A stretch of DNA of 64,000 nt from an uncultured Spirochaetota bacterium (GTDB lineage Bacteria; Spirochaetota; Spirochaetia; SZUA-6; Fen-1364), in contig CAVUXE010000053.1 of the NCBI GenBank assembly GCA_963745235.1, positions 256,001-320,000 of the forward strand. The letters are read 5' to 3'. Both the position numbers and the translations under genes were made by a program. Of this stretch, positions 1-10,183 are shown one piece after another (position 1 is the first letter of the stretch; each line of letters opens with the position of its first letter). The notes beneath the pieces are model-generated. The model was not told where the DNA came from. It made no database searches and worked only from the letters and a program-made list of their open reading frames with translations.

Positions 1-415
1 GCGCGAGCTCGGTGCGGACCTCAGTCTCGACTCCCGGTCCGGAGAATCGATCAGGCAGGTGACCGAGCGGACGGAAGGCCGCGGCGCCGACATGGCCTTC
101 GAAGCCGTGGGAATAACCGCGGCAGTGGGCAGCGCCGTGGAGGCTGTCCGCATGGGCGGAAGAGTGGTCCTGGTGGGAAACCTCTCGCCGAAAATCGAGC
201 TCGCCCTCCAGTCAATCGTCACCCGCCAGGTCTCCCTGCTGGGCTCCTGCGCCTCCCAGGGGGAATACCCCGCGTGCCTCGAGCTGATTGCGCGCGGCCG
301 CGTAAACCTGGATTCGTTCATCAGCGCCCGCGCTCCGCTTTCCGAGGGTGCGGTCTGGTTCGACAGGCTCTACCGGCAGGAGCCGGGCCTGATGAAAGTC
401 ATCCTGGAGCCATGA
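1..415 (+). CDS. Zn-dependent alcohol/polyol dehydrogenase (MDR family), 5'-truncated by window edge
   Basis: C-terminal MDR features: GADMAFEAVG, GGRVVLVGN, LMKVILEP; stop overlaps next start (ATGA 412-415). Confidence 0.85.
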   Translation, partial: RELGADLSLDSRSGESIRQVTERTEGRGADMAFEAVGITAAVGSAVEAVRMGGRVVLVGNLSPKIELALQSIVTRQVSLLGSCASQGEYPACLELIARGRVNLDSFISARAPLSEGAVWFDRLYRQEPGLMKVILEP

Positions 416-1651
416 ACAGGCCGCGTGTCGCGATCGGCGCGGATGCGATATCGGACCTGCGCTCTTTCTGCGGGGAGGCAGCTCTCCGCCGCCTTCTTGT
501 CGTTGCGGACACCAACACCCACGGAGTCCTGGGCAGTGCCGTTGGGGAATCTCTTCGGGGAGCCGGGCTCGACGCGCGATCGGTGATCCTCCCCGGTGAT
601 GAGGTGGTGGCAGACGCCCATACCATCCTGCAGGTGCTTCTTGCCTTCGACCGACGAGACCAGGCCCTTGTCGCAGTGGGCTCCGGGACCATCACCGACG
701 TCACCCGGTTCGTCAGCCACAGGGTGGGCGTTCCGTTCATTTCCATGCCGACTGCCCCGTCCGTTGACGGCTTCACCTCCCTCGGCTCGCCCCTCATTGT
801 CCGCGGAATCAAGACAACGGCCCTCGCGCATCCGCCGTTCGCTATTTTTGCTTCCCTGCCCGTGCTGGCATCCGCCCCTCGCCGCATGATCGCTTCCGGT
901 TTCGGCGACATGCTGGGAAAGCACACCTCCGTTGCCGACTGGAGGCTGTGTTCCCTCCTGGGGGACATGCCGTTTGATCGGGGAATCGCGGAACGGTGCC
1001 TGGGCGCGGTGCAAAGCTGCGAGGCGGCCGCGGCAGACATTGCCTCCGCTTCCGAACAGGGGGTCCGGCGCCTCCTGGAAGGGCTCCTGGAGTCCGGATT
1101 CTGCATGCTGGATTTCGGAAGCTCTCTTCCGGCCTCGGGGGCCGAGCACCATTATTCGCACTTCTGGGAGATGAAGCTCCTCAGGGAGGGGAAGCCGGCC
1201 GTCCTGCATGGCGCGAAAGTCGGCGTTGCAACAGTCTTCATCGCCGAGCTCTGGGAGAGAATCCGGCAGACCTCCCAGAGCATGGCCTCCCGGCTCCTGC
1301 AGGAGTCCCGGCGGCCGTCTCGTGAGGAGGAGATGCGCCGAATCCGCGGCGCCTATGGGCCCATGGCGGAGGAAGTGGCGGCAACGCAGGCCGGCTTCAT
1401 CGGGATGAGTGACGAAGCCTGGGAACGATTGAAGGAGAAGGTCCTGGTTCGATGGGCCGCGATCCAGGAGATAGCCCGGGACGTGCCCTCCCCTCGGGAT
1501 ATCGTGCAGCTTCTTCGAATGCGTTGGCGGTCCCTCGAGCATGCATGAGCTGGGGCTCCCTGATTCGGATCGTGATGAGGCAGCGCACAGCGCCCATTAC
1601 CTGCGAAACCATTTCACCGTATCGAAGCTGGCCCGTCTCTTGTTCCGCTGA
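412..1651 (+). CDS. sn-glycerol-1-phosphate dehydrogenase (AraM/EgsA-like); frameshift near 1520
   Basis: VGSGTITDVTR, PTAPSVDGFTS, GFGDMLGK, SGAEHHYSHFWEM, LHGAKVG motifs; C-terminus VGGPSSMHELG...HYLRNHFTVSKLARLLFR* continues in another frame to TGA 1649-1651. Confidence 0.85.
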
Positions 1652-1724
1652 CCGGGCACAGAGGCAAAGGGGCGCGAGGTTTTCGGACCGGCGGGTGGTA
1701 TCTTTGTTGTGAGGAGGCGCAGCC

Positions 1725-2201
1725 ATGATCTACGGCGCACATGCGCTCGTGTTCTCCCGGGCGCCGGGCGAGGCACGGGCACTCTTGGAAAAAATCCTGG
1801 ACAGCAACAAGGTGGATGCAGGCGGGGGATGGTTGATTTTCGCGCTCCCACCCGCGGAGATCGCGGTCCACCCCACCGATGAGGCGCCGCGGACGGATCT
1901 TTACCTCATGTGCCAGGACATCGAAGAGACAGTTGAGGAGCTGCGGGAGAAGGGCGTGACGTTCTCCCGCGCAATCAAAGAGGTGAGCTGGGGGAGAATA
2001 ACGGCAATTGCGCTCCCCGGCGGCGGCGAGCTCGGTCTCTACCAGCCCCGTCATCAGACCGCGCTGGCTCGGCCCCCCGCTGGCGCACGGACCGCCGCAA
2101 AGGCCCGCAAAAAGGCCAGGCCCGCGTCAAAGGCCAGGCCCGCGTCAAAGGCCAGGACGCCCAGCCGGCCTTCAAGGACCGGTAGTCCGCGGCGGCGCTG
2201 A
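1725..2201 (+). CDS. VOC/glyoxalase-family protein with basic Lys/Arg/Ala-rich tail
   Basis: MIYGAH..GGGWLIFALPPAEIAVHP..LYLMCQDI..WGRIT..LPGGGELGLYQPRH; GGAGG RBS upstream. Confidence 0.8.
   Translation: MIYGAHALVFSRAPGEARALLEKILDSNKVDAGGGWLIFALPPAEIAVHPTDEAPRTDLYLMCQDIEETVEELREKGVTFSRAIKEVSWGRITAIALPGGGELGLYQPRHQTALARPPAGARTAAKARKKARPASKARPASKARTPSRPSRTGSPRRR
2111..2156 (+). repeat. 18-bp tandem repeat (2 full copies plus a partial) encoding KARPAS
   Basis: aaaggccaggcccgcgtc at 2111 and 2129, partial aaaggccagg at 2147. Confidence 0.9.
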
Positions 2202-2594
2202 AGGAGCGGGGATGCGATCCGCCCTGGCCAGGTCCGCCAGGAGGCGGTAGGCTTCCTCGGGATCTGTAGTTTCGCGCAGCAGATCCTCGGTTCTGCACTG
2301 GATCTTGTCCACGAGGGACTCCCATGTGCAGGTGGCTCCTGCCCGGTCCAGCACTTCCTTGCCCAGCCGGCTGAGCACCCCCGCGTGAATCCTTCGGATT
2401 CCCATCCGTATGATGAGAAAGGCCGAGCCCCGGCCAATGATCTTGTCCCGGATCTCCGTCCGCGGCAGGTCGACGTCCCGAGTTCCCAGGAACTGCTCAA
2501 GCTCGAACAGAGGGTGGAGCCACCTGGCCGAGCTCGAAAAAAGCGCGCGGCCATCTATGATAAGCTCCAGCGTGATATTCTCCGCCATAGGCAC
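2172..2594 (-). CDS. DUF1893-like protein
   Basis: WLHPLFELE, DKIIGRGSAFL, IHAGVLS, CRTEDLL..TDPEEAY pattern. Confidence 0.7.
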   Translation of the reverse strand: MPMAENITLELIIDGRALFSSSARWLHPLFELEQFLGTRDVDLPRTEIRDKIIGRGSAFLIIRMGIRRIHAGVLSRLGKEVLDRAGATCTWESLVDKIQCRTEDLLRETTDPEEAYRLLADLARADRIPAPSAPPRTTGP

Positions 2595-2617
2595 TCTGTT
2601 ATACGCTATATTGTTCT

Positions 2618-3172
2618 TTGTGTATGCACGGAAATGAACGTCGATTCCATGGGGGACCCGAGCGCCTGCGCTCCCCCGAGCGACTGGCGCTTCTGGAAAC
2701 CGCCCGGGTTGTCCAGCTCTGCAGGGAGGGTCTGGATCTGGAGAGCGTTCTGGACGTCGGCACCGGGACAGGGGTCTTTGCGGAGGCCTTCGGCCAGGGG
2801 TCGCTTCGCGTGGCCGGGATCGATCCTGACGCGGATCTCCTTGCCGTCGCGCGGCGCTTCGTTCCCAACGGTGCGTTCCAGGTGGCGGTGGCGGAAAACC
2901 TTCCCTTCGAGGCGGGCTCCTTCGACCTCGTCTTTCTTGGACACGTGCTCCATGAGACCGATGACCCTGTCAGGGCACTTTCGGAGGCACGGCGGGTAGC
3001 GCGCGCGAGGGTTGTCGTCCTTGAATGGCCCTTCAGGGCGGAGGACAGGGGGCCGCCCGTTGCGCATCGCATCTCTCCCGAGCGTGTCCTGGAGGCGGCG
3101 CGAGCAGCTGGCCTGACGTCGATGGAAAGGATTGCGCTGGCGCACATGGACTTCTATCGCGCGGGGGTGTAG
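2618..3172 (+). CDS. class I SAM-dependent methyltransferase
   Basis: VLDVGTGTG, AENLPFEAGSFDLV, HVLHE motifs. Confidence 0.9.
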   Translation: MCMHGNERRFHGGPERLRSPERLALLETARVVQLCREGLDLESVLDVGTGTGVFAEAFGQGSLRVAGIDPDADLLAVARRFVPNGAFQVAVAENLPFEAGSFDLVFLGHVLHETDDPVRALSEARRVARARVVVLEWPFRAEDRGPPVAHRISPERVLEAARAAGLTSMERIALAHMDFYRAGV

Positions 3173-4389
3173 AGACTTTCTCCGAGCCACTTCTCCATCC
3201 ATGCAAAAGCCTCCGCCTGCATGGGCTCGTCGAACTTGTGCGGTCCGGGGTGGATGCTCACGGCAAGATGCCCGGGTGCGCCGGCCTTGTCGTATGTTTC
3301 CTCGAGGATCCGAACGGCGCGCTTCGTCTCTTCGTGCGTAAAGAGAGGGTCCTCGGTGGTTGCCATCACGAGGGTCGGCAGGGGCGCGCGGAGCCCGAGG
3401 ACCTCCGGAAAATCCAGAAGCTCGGCAAGGCCCGGCACGTAGATCATCCAGGTGTGTGTGTAGCTCGTGTTGAGAACGAAGTCCCGCCACGTGCTCATGA
3501 ACCCGGCGCTCACGGCGGCCCGGATCCTCCCGTCGAGGCCGGCAAGAAAAGCCGTTCTCAGTCCTCCCCCGGACAACCCTCCGCACCCCAGCCTTTCCGG
3601 GTCCACATCAGGTCGTGAGGCCAGGTAGTCCAGCGCGGCGCGGTCTTCCGCCAGGGTGACCCCTGGCCAGGTCAGCCCCGCGCTGAAAAGGGACTTGGCG
3701 ATGATGCTCTCGTGCTGGGCCGCAAGCGCATTGTAGGCGGCTATCTCTCCCTCCGGCTCCCCCGCGGCCACATCCGGGTGCGCATCCGGTCCCGAGTCCA
3801 CCAGGTCCTCCGGCCGGAGCTCGCGGATTGCGTCCGGCGGGCTCATGAGACGTTGGACGACGAACGGGGGGATGTCCGACGCCAGGATCCGTCGGCTTTC
3901 GAAGGGGAATACGTCGTGCACGAGAACCGCGAAGCCCCTGCGCGCCAGCTCATTTGCCCAGCCGAGCCCGCTGTAGTATTCGTTCTGATGCGTCTCGATC
4001 ACGGGGTGCACCGACGGGCCGATGCGAACGATCTTGCGCTTTCCGAAATACTTGTCGCCGCCGTGGTCATGCAGGGCAAGGACCCCGGGAAGTCTCTTCG
4101 TTGCGCCGCGGGGCCTCAGGAAGTATGCCTGTGTCCGCGGCCCGTACGGCAGCTGCCATGAGAGCTCCTCGATCTCAAGGTCATCCCGGACGGACCGCCC
4201 GTGCACCCGCACGTCTTCGAACCGAACTCCCGCAGGGCCGCAGAGCAGCCCCGTGAGGGCCGTCCGGGCTTTCTCTCTCCACTCATCGAGGTCTGACCAT
4301 CGAGGATTTCGAAAAGAGAGGACCCCCGGGCCTTCACCGAGGCGCGCCGCGGCCCATGGTCCGTACGCTCCGAGCATGTTCCTTTGCAT
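3154..4389 (-). CDS. alpha/beta hydrolase (dienelactone hydrolase / acetyl-esterase-like)
   Basis: LHDHGG, GLSGGG nucleophile elbow, EDPLF Asp, GPHKF His; start chosen at MQRNML. Confidence 0.8.
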   Translation of the reverse strand: MQRNMLGAYGPWAAARLGEGPGVLSFRNPRWSDLDEWREKARTALTGLLCGPAGVRFEDVRVHGRSVRDDLEIEELSWQLPYGPRTQAYFLRPRGATKRLPGVLALHDHGGDKYFGKRKIVRIGPSVHPVIETHQNEYYSGLGWANELARRGFAVLVHDVFPFESRRILASDIPPFVVQRLMSPPDAIRELRPEDLVDSGPDAHPDVAAGEPEGEIAAYNALAAQHESIIAKSLFSAGLTWPGVTLAEDRAALDYLASRPDVDPERLGCGGLSGGGLRTAFLAGLDGRIRAAVSAGFMSTWRDFVLNTSYTHTWMIYVPGLAELLDFPEVLGLRAPLPTLVMATTEDPLFTHEETKRAVRILEETYDKAGAPGHLAVSIHPGPHKFDEPMQAEAFAWMEKWLGESLYTPAR

Positions 4390-4513
4390 TCCCGCATAGT
4401 GCCATGAAGCGAGTGATTCGAGAAATGGGGGCGCGGGCACCCTCGAGCTCAGCCAGCAGGGAGCGGCTCATGTTTGCTTTACCGGGCCCACCGCGCGTGG
4501 TATCCTCGGATCC

Positions 4514-6451
4514 ATGGAAAAGACAGTTCTCGGAATGCTCGATCAAGCCGCCGAAAAGTGGGGACCGCTCGGCTACGCGCACAGAAAGACGGATGCCGGA
4601 TGGGTGGCGGTCTCATTTGCCCAGGCGCGCGAGGGTTCCCGGGAGCTCGCCGCCTGGCTCCTTTCCACGGGAGCCCGCCCGGGAGACGCATGTGTCATCA
4701 TTGGGGAGGGCAGCCCGGAGTGGATCATGAGCGAGCTCGGACTTCTCATGGCCGGATGCGTGTCGGTGCCTCTTTCCATAAAGCTCCTCGAGGAAGAGAT
4801 CCCCTTTCGGGTGAACCATTCACAGGCGAAGGCAATCATCACCTCGAAAAACCAGCTCGCCAAGGTCCTTGGCGCGCTGCGGGCAGTGGATGACAGCAAC
4901 CTGCGAATCATCTACCTGGATGACGACCCGGACTGGGCGCGCGAGCAGGCCGCGGCGCACGGCGTGCGCGCGGACAGGGTGACCGGCTTCGAGGAAGCGC
5001 GCCGGGCAGGGCGCGAAGCGATGGCGGGGCAGGGCGCGGAGCTGGACAGGATCCGCGAGGCAATCCGGGAAAGCGACACGGTCACCATTTCCTACACGTC
5101 CGGCACCACGGGAAACCCGAAGGGCATCATGCTCACCCACCTCAATTACTGGACCAACTGTCACGACGCGCAGGATGCGATTGACCTCAAGGCGGGGTGG
5201 CGGAGCCTCGTCATCCTCCCCGTGGATCACTCCTTCGCCCACACCGCGGGGCTCTACACGGCGCTTGTCTGCGGGCTGTCTCTGTATTTCGTGGATTCCC
5301 GCGGCGGCGCAATGGGAACGCTTCGCAACATCCCGATCAATCTCCTGGAGGTCCAGCCGCACTTCATCTTCACGGTTCCCTCGCTCTCCGGCAACCTCAT
5401 GAAGAAGATCGTCGCCGGCATCGAGGAAAAAGGCGGGATCGTGGAGAAGATCTTCAAGGCCGGAATCACGAGCGGCATTGCGTGGAACGGGAACGGGTTC
5501 ACCTCCCCCGGCCTTGCCGCGCGCTTGAAGAGCATGGTCCCCTGCCTTTTGGCCCGGCTCATCGTGTTTCCCGCTGTCAGGAGGAAGGTGTTCGGACGGA
5601 GCATCCAGTACTGCATCGGCGGCGGCGCGCTCCTGGACCTAAAACAGCAGGAGTTCTTTGCCGCTCTGGGGGTGCCCGTGTACCAGGGGTATGGGCTCAC
5701 CGAGGCGGCGCCCGTGATCAGCGCCAACACGCCTCCGCGGCACAAGTTCGGCACATCAGGCGTGCTCATGAGGTCCGTCGAGCTGCGGCTCGTGAAGGCG
5801 GACGGGAGCCTTGCCCCCGTGGGGGAGACGGCGGAGGTGGTGGTGCGGGGCGCAAACGTCATGAAGGGGTATTTCCGCAACCCGGAAGCCACATGCCAGG
5901 CGCTGCGCGAGGGCTGGCTCTATTCGGGAGACCTCGCCTACCGGGACAGGGACGGTTTCCTCGTGGTCGTGGGGAGGGAGAAAGCGCTCCTGATAGCCGA
6001 GGACGGGGAGAAGTACAGCCCGGAGGACATCGAGGAGGCGGTCACCACGTCCACGGACCTCGTGGATCAGATCATGGCGTACTGCGATCACCGCAAGTAC
6101 ACCATTGCGCTGGTCACCCTGGACTCCGCGAAGGTGAAAAGGCTCATGACTGCGCGGGAGATCACCCGCGCTGGAGAGCTCCTGCGGCTTCTGGAAGCCG
6201 AGCTCACGAGATACCGCGCCGACCCCCGGGCCAAGAAGGTCCAGCCGGCCTGGCAACCGATGGTCTTCGAGGTGGTGCCGGAAGCGTTCAACGAGAAGAA
6301 CGGGACCATCAACTCCATGTTGAAGCTCGTTCGGCACAGAATCGTCGACGTCCATCGGGACCTGATCGAATACTGCTATACGAGGGAAGGCTCAACGACG
6401 GAAAACGCGCGGAACGTGGAGGCCCTGAAGGGAATGTTCGACCTTCAGTGA
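4514..6451 (+). CDS. long-chain fatty acid-CoA ligase (AMP-binding)
   Basis: YTSGTTGNPKG, QGYGLTEAAP, GWLYSGDL motifs. Confidence 0.9.
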   Translation: MEKTVLGMLDQAAEKWGPLGYAHRKTDAGWVAVSFAQAREGSRELAAWLLSTGARPGDACVIIGEGSPEWIMSELGLLMAGCVSVPLSIKLLEEEIPFRVNHSQAKAIITSKNQLAKVLGALRAVDDSNLRIIYLDDDPDWAREQAAAHGVRADRVTGFEEARRAGREAMAGQGAELDRIREAIRESDTVTISYTSGTTGNPKGIMLTHLNYWTNCHDAQDAIDLKAGWRSLVILPVDHSFAHTAGLYTALVCGLSLYFVDSRGGAMGTLRNIPINLLEVQPHFIFTVPSLSGNLMKKIVAGIEEKGGIVEKIFKAGITSGIAWNGNGFTSPGLAARLKSMVPCLLARLIVFPAVRRKVFGRSIQYCIGGGALLDLKQQEFFAALGVPVYQGYGLTEAAPVISANTPPRHKFGTSGVLMRSVELRLVKADGSLAPVGETAEVVVRGANVMKGYFRNPEATCQALREGWLYSGDLAYRDRDGFLVVVGREKALLIAEDGEKYSPEDIEEAVTTSTDLVDQIMAYCDHRKYTIALVTLDSAKVKRLMTAREITRAGELLRLLEAELTRYRADPRAKKVQPAWQPMVFEVVPEAFNEKNGTINSMLKLVRHRIVDVHRDLIEYCYTREGSTTENARNVEALKGMFDLQ

Positions 6452-7218
6452 ACGAGCCTCTTCTTCAGGCGCCGGACAGCAAAGAAGCCGGCGACCGCCG
6501 TGAAGGCGGCGATGAAGAAGACATCCACGCCCATCTGAGGCGTTGCCTGCCCGAGATCGAGAGCCCGCGCAAGCCGAACCGCGTGCGTGAGCGGGAAGAT
6601 CTCCGCGACGGGCCGCAGGACCGGGGGAAGGTTCTGAATGGGAAAGACGACCCCTGAGAAGAAGAACATGGGGGACAGGAACCCCGTGAAGTAGAAATTG
6701 AAGTGGTTGATCGTGGTGACGAACGATGTCACCAGGAGCGAGATTGCGGCGAACATCGCCCCCGTGGCGAGCCCGACGAAGCCCGTGAGGAGGCTGAGGG
6801 GCATGGGGACGATCCCGAAGAGAGACTCCACGAAGACCACGGCAAGGCTGAAGAAGAGCCCCTTGCTTCCCGCCCAGAGGATCTCTCCCACCAGCAGGTC
6901 ACGGACGGTGATCGGCGCGGCGAGCATTCCGTCGTAGACGTTGTCGAACTCCATCCTGATGAACGTGCCGAAGGTGCATTCGAACGCCGCGGTGAACATG
7001 GCGGCGGTGATGGGAAGCCCCATTGCCAGGAAGGTGATGTAGGGCATCTGCTGCATGCTTGTCACGTATTTCCCGATGCCCAGGCCGATCCCCGCCAGAA
7101 AGATGAGCGGCTCCAGAAACGGGGGAATGCCGTTGCTCAGGAGGTTCTTCGTATAGACACGATAGTGGCGGTACCATACGCTGGCCACCCGGTGGGAAAG
7201 GGGCGGGTAGTCACTCAT
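6445..7218 (-). CDS. ABC-2 exporter permease (NodJ-like)
   Basis: EPLIFLAGIGLG, LSPMFFFSGVVFP, PLTHAV; multiple TM segments; start MSDYPP overlaps ATPase stop. Confidence 0.9.
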   Translation of the reverse strand: MSDYPPLSHRVASVWYRHYRVYTKNLLSNGIPPFLEPLIFLAGIGLGIGKYVTSMQQMPYITFLAMGLPITAAMFTAAFECTFGTFIRMEFDNVYDGMLAAPITVRDLLVGEILWAGSKGLFFSLAVVFVESLFGIVPMPLSLLTGFVGLATGAMFAAISLLVTSFVTTINHFNFYFTGFLSPMFFFSGVVFPIQNLPPVLRPVAEIFPLTHAVRLARALDLGQATPQMGVDVFFIAAFTAVAGFFAVRRLKKRLVH

Positions 7219-8173
7219 CCAGCGAGGTCCCCGTGGCCTGCAGGAAGAGATCTTCCAGGTTCGTCTCCCGAAGGTGGTGCAGGCCGCCGCCCAGACGCGC
7301 GGAGATTGCGTGGAGCGGTTCCGTCTTTCGGCTGAAAAACCGCACGCTCTCCGGAGCGCGCTCCACGCGCACCCCGGCATCCGCAGGGCCCGTGAGCGCG
7401 GGAATATCGCTGCCCTGCACCTCGAGGACGAACCGCTCGATGCGAGTCTCCACGAGATGCCGCGGGGCGCCTTCCATCACTTTCACGCCCCCGTGCATGA
7501 TGATCACCGAGTCGCACAGGCTGGAGGCCTCTTCCATGTAATGCGTCGTGAGCAGGATGGTGAGGCCGTCCCGCTTGAGCTGGCGAAGCTTGTTCCAGAT
7601 GAGATGCCGCACCTGGGGATCGAGCCCGGTCGTCGGCTCATCCAGGATGAGAAGGCGGGGGTTGTTCAGAAGCGCGCGGGCGATGATCAGCCGCCGTTTC
7701 ATTCCGCCCGACAGCTCCTTGATCTTCACCGCCCGCTTGTCACCGAGCTCCATGAAGGCAAGAAGCTCGGGAATCCTTGCCCGTGCCGCCGCGCGGGGCA
7801 TGCCATAGAGCTTTCCGTATACCCACAGGTTCTGCCAGACATCCAGCTCCTCGTCCAGGTTGTCCTCCTGGGGGACCACGCCGGACTTGACCTTGACGGA
7901 AAGCTCATCCGCACCCGGGTCGTGTCCGAACACCGAGAGGGAGGATCCCGGCGCCGGGTTCCGCAGGCTCTTGGCGTAGACCATCTTGAGCATGGTGGTC
8001 TTCCCCGCTCCGTTGGGCCCCAGGAGCCCGACGCACGAAGCTTCATGGACGTCGAAGCTGAGAGAATTGACGGCGGTGAGCGCGCCGTAGCTCTTGCTGA
8101 CGTTGCGCGCCTGTATGATTGTCCTGGCGGGTGCAGACATTGGTGCGGCAGACGAAGACGACATGCCGGGCAC
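7211..8173 (-). CDS. ABC exporter ATP-binding protein (NodI-like)
   Basis: GPNGAGKT, LSGGMKRR, LILDEPTTGLDPQ, TTHYMEEA; exact start uncertain. Confidence 0.92.
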   Translation of the reverse strand: MPGMSSSSAAPMSAPARTIIQARNVSKSYGALTAVNSLSFDVHEASCVGLLGPNGAGKTTMLKMVYAKSLRNPAPGSSLSVFGHDPGADELSVKVKSGVVPQEDNLDEELDVWQNLWVYGKLYGMPRAAARARIPELLAFMELGDKRAVKIKELSGGMKRRLIIARALLNNPRLLILDEPTTGLDPQVRHLIWNKLRQLKRDGLTILLTTHYMEEASSLCDSVIIMHGGVKVMEGAPRHLVETRIERFVLEVQGSDIPALTGPADAGVRVERAPESVRFFSRKTEPLHAISARLGGGLHHLRETNLEDLFLQATGTSLDE

Positions 8174-8246
8174 GACAGTCCGCCGGATGAGCGGATGGTG
8201 TCAAGTAGCTTGTGGTTCGTCAGGCGGTTTGATATCCTGTGCATCG

Positions 8247-9251
8247 ATGACGCAGGGCTATCTCCCGCGGGCTGATCGCTATGATTCCATGCGGTACAAC
8301 CGCTGCGGCAGGAGCGGGCTGAAGCTCCCCGCCGTCTCCCTGGGACTGTGGCACAACTTCGGCGGGGAAGCCCCGCTGGAGAATGCCCGGGCCATGATCC
8401 GTCGGGCTTTCGACCTCGGCATTACTCACTTCGATCTCGCAAACAACTACGGTCCTCCGCCGGGGTCCGCGGAGGAGTGCTTCGGAAGGATCCTGAGGGA
8501 GGACTTCCACGGTTACCGTGACCAGATGGTCATCTCCACGAAGGCCGGCTATCTCATGTGGCCCGGCCCGTACGGTGAGTGGGGGTCCCGCAAGTACATG
8601 GTGGCCAGCCTGGAGCAAAGCCTGAAGCGCATGGGCCTGGACTACGTGGACATTTTCTACAGCCACCGGCCGGATCCCGAGACTCCCCTGGAGGAAACGA
8701 TGTCCGCCCTGGACCACGTGGTCCGCCAGGGCAAGGCGCTGTATGCGGGAATCTCGAGCTACAGGGTCCCGGAAGCCCGGGAAGCCTTTGCGATATTGAA
8801 AAGGCTTGGCACTCCCTGTCTCATCCATCAGCCCAGCTACTCAATGCTCGACAGGTGGGTGGAGGACGGCCTCCTGGACCTGCTCCGGGAGGAAGGAGTG
8901 GGCGGCATCGCTTTCTCCCCCCTGGGGCGCGGGCGGCTCACGGACCGGTACCTCGAAGGAATCCCCGCTGACTCGCGGGCAGCAGGACCGAGTGACTTCC
9001 TCAAGCCTGAGGACATCACACCCCAGCTGCGCGCCCGACTGGTGAAATTGAACGCCATTGCGAAGGGAAGGGGACAGAGCCTCGCGCAAATGGCCCTCGC
9101 ATGGGTCCTGCGGGGCGGCCGGGTCACCTCGGTGCTGATTGGCGCGAGCAAGCCGGGTCAGATCGATGACTGCGTCGGGGCCTTTCACAACGTGGATTTT
9201 TCCCCGGAGGAGCTCCGCACAATCGACGAGGCGCTTGGTCGGACGTCCTGA
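8247..9251 (+). CDS. gpr: aldo/keto reductase, L-glyceraldehyde-3-phosphate reductase (YghZ/MgrA) type
   Basis: SLGLWHNFG, HFDLANNYGPPPGSAE, STKAGYLMWPGPYGEWGSRKY. Confidence 0.88.
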   Translation: MTQGYLPRADRYDSMRYNRCGRSGLKLPAVSLGLWHNFGGEAPLENARAMIRRAFDLGITHFDLANNYGPPPGSAEECFGRILREDFHGYRDQMVISTKAGYLMWPGPYGEWGSRKYMVASLEQSLKRMGLDYVDIFYSHRPDPETPLEETMSALDHVVRQGKALYAGISSYRVPEAREAFAILKRLGTPCLIHQPSYSMLDRWVEDGLLDLLREEGVGGIAFSPLGRGRLTDRYLEGIPADSRAAGPSDFLKPEDITPQLRARLVKLNAIAKGRGQSLAQMALAWVLRGGRVTSVLIGASKPGQIDDCVGAFHNVDFSPEELRTIDEALGRTS

Positions 9252-9306
9252 GACGGGCTCGGGAGGGGTGATCCGACCCCTGGCGCGGCATCGCCCCCCG
9301 TTCCTG

Positions 9307-10077
9307 CTAGGGCCTGAAAGATGTCATGCCGAGGCCCCGGATCTCCGTGGATGTTGTGCGGGCAGCCTTCATGACGAGCGGGATGAGCCTCTTGACTCTG
9401 CTCGCGGACATGCGGCTGGACGGGCCGGCCACGCTGATTGCGGCAATGGCGATGCCGGCGGCTGAGAGAATGGGGGCGGCAATGCAGGAGATCCCCTCGA
9501 TCAGCTCGGAATCATCCCGCGCGTATCCCCGCTGCCGGATCTTCTCCAGCTCTCTGTTCAGGGTTGCGCGATCCCCGATTGAGCGCGGGGTCCTGCGCTC
9601 CAGGGCCGCCGTGCGGAAAAGCGCCTCCCGGGTATGCGTGGGCAGGTAGGCGAGGATGACCTTTCCCATTGCCGTGCAATGCGCCGGCACCGCGTGACCA
9701 ACCTGGAGATCCACGCGGATGGGATCAGTGGTCTGGATTTTCTCCACGTAGTACAGCTGGCGCCGCACCAGGACGCCCAGGTTCACCGTTTCCGCGCTTT
9801 CCTCCGCCAGGACCTCCATGGTGCGGAGCGCCGCGCTGCGCACGCCAAAACGCGCGGCCACGCTGCTTCCGATGCGAAAGACCGCCATGCCGAGCCGGTA
9901 CTTCCGCGACTCAGGGTCCTGTGCAATGAAGTCGTGGGCGGCCAGGGAGGCGACGAGCCGGTGCACGGTGCTGGGGGCGATCCGCAGGCTCTTTGCCATC
10001 GCGGTGATGCCCATCTGGTCCCTGTTTTCCAGCAGCAGAACGATCCGCAGGGCCTTGTCCACGGTGCTCACGACCAT
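9307..10077 (-). CDS. IclR-family transcriptional regulator
   Basis: N-terminal HTH (STVHRLVASL), AHCTAMGKVILA, GISCIAAPI, AAISVAGP. Confidence 0.93.
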   Translation of the reverse strand: MVVSTVDKALRIVLLLENRDQMGITAMAKSLRIAPSTVHRLVASLAAHDFIAQDPESRKYRLGMAVFRIGSSVAARFGVRSAALRTMEVLAEESAETVNLGVLVRRQLYYVEKIQTTDPIRVDLQVGHAVPAHCTAMGKVILAYLPTHTREALFRTAALERRTPRSIGDRATLNRELEKIRQRGYARDDSELIEGISCIAAPILSAAGIAIAAISVAGPSSRMSASRVKRLIPLVMKAARTTSTEIRGLGMTSFRP

Positions 10078-10086
10078 TGCCTCCCG

Positions 10087-10115
10087 TTGACAGGAGCCGG
10101 AAGGGCTGCTATCCT
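10087..10115 (+). promoter_or_regulatory. sigma70-type promoter for the panB operon
   Basis: TTGACA (10087-10092), 17-nt spacer, TATCCT (10110-10115). Confidence 0.7.
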
Positions 10116-10139
10116 GTCATCCGAATAATAAAAAGTCGT

Positions 10140-10154
10140 TTCCATTATACGGAA
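10140..10154. promoter_or_regulatory. probable IclR operator
   Basis: imperfect palindrome TTCCATTATACGGAA between divergent iclR and panB, downstream of the -10. Confidence 0.6.
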
Positions 10155-10183
10155 TATTCTGCGAGCCTGCCAAGGGGGACACA

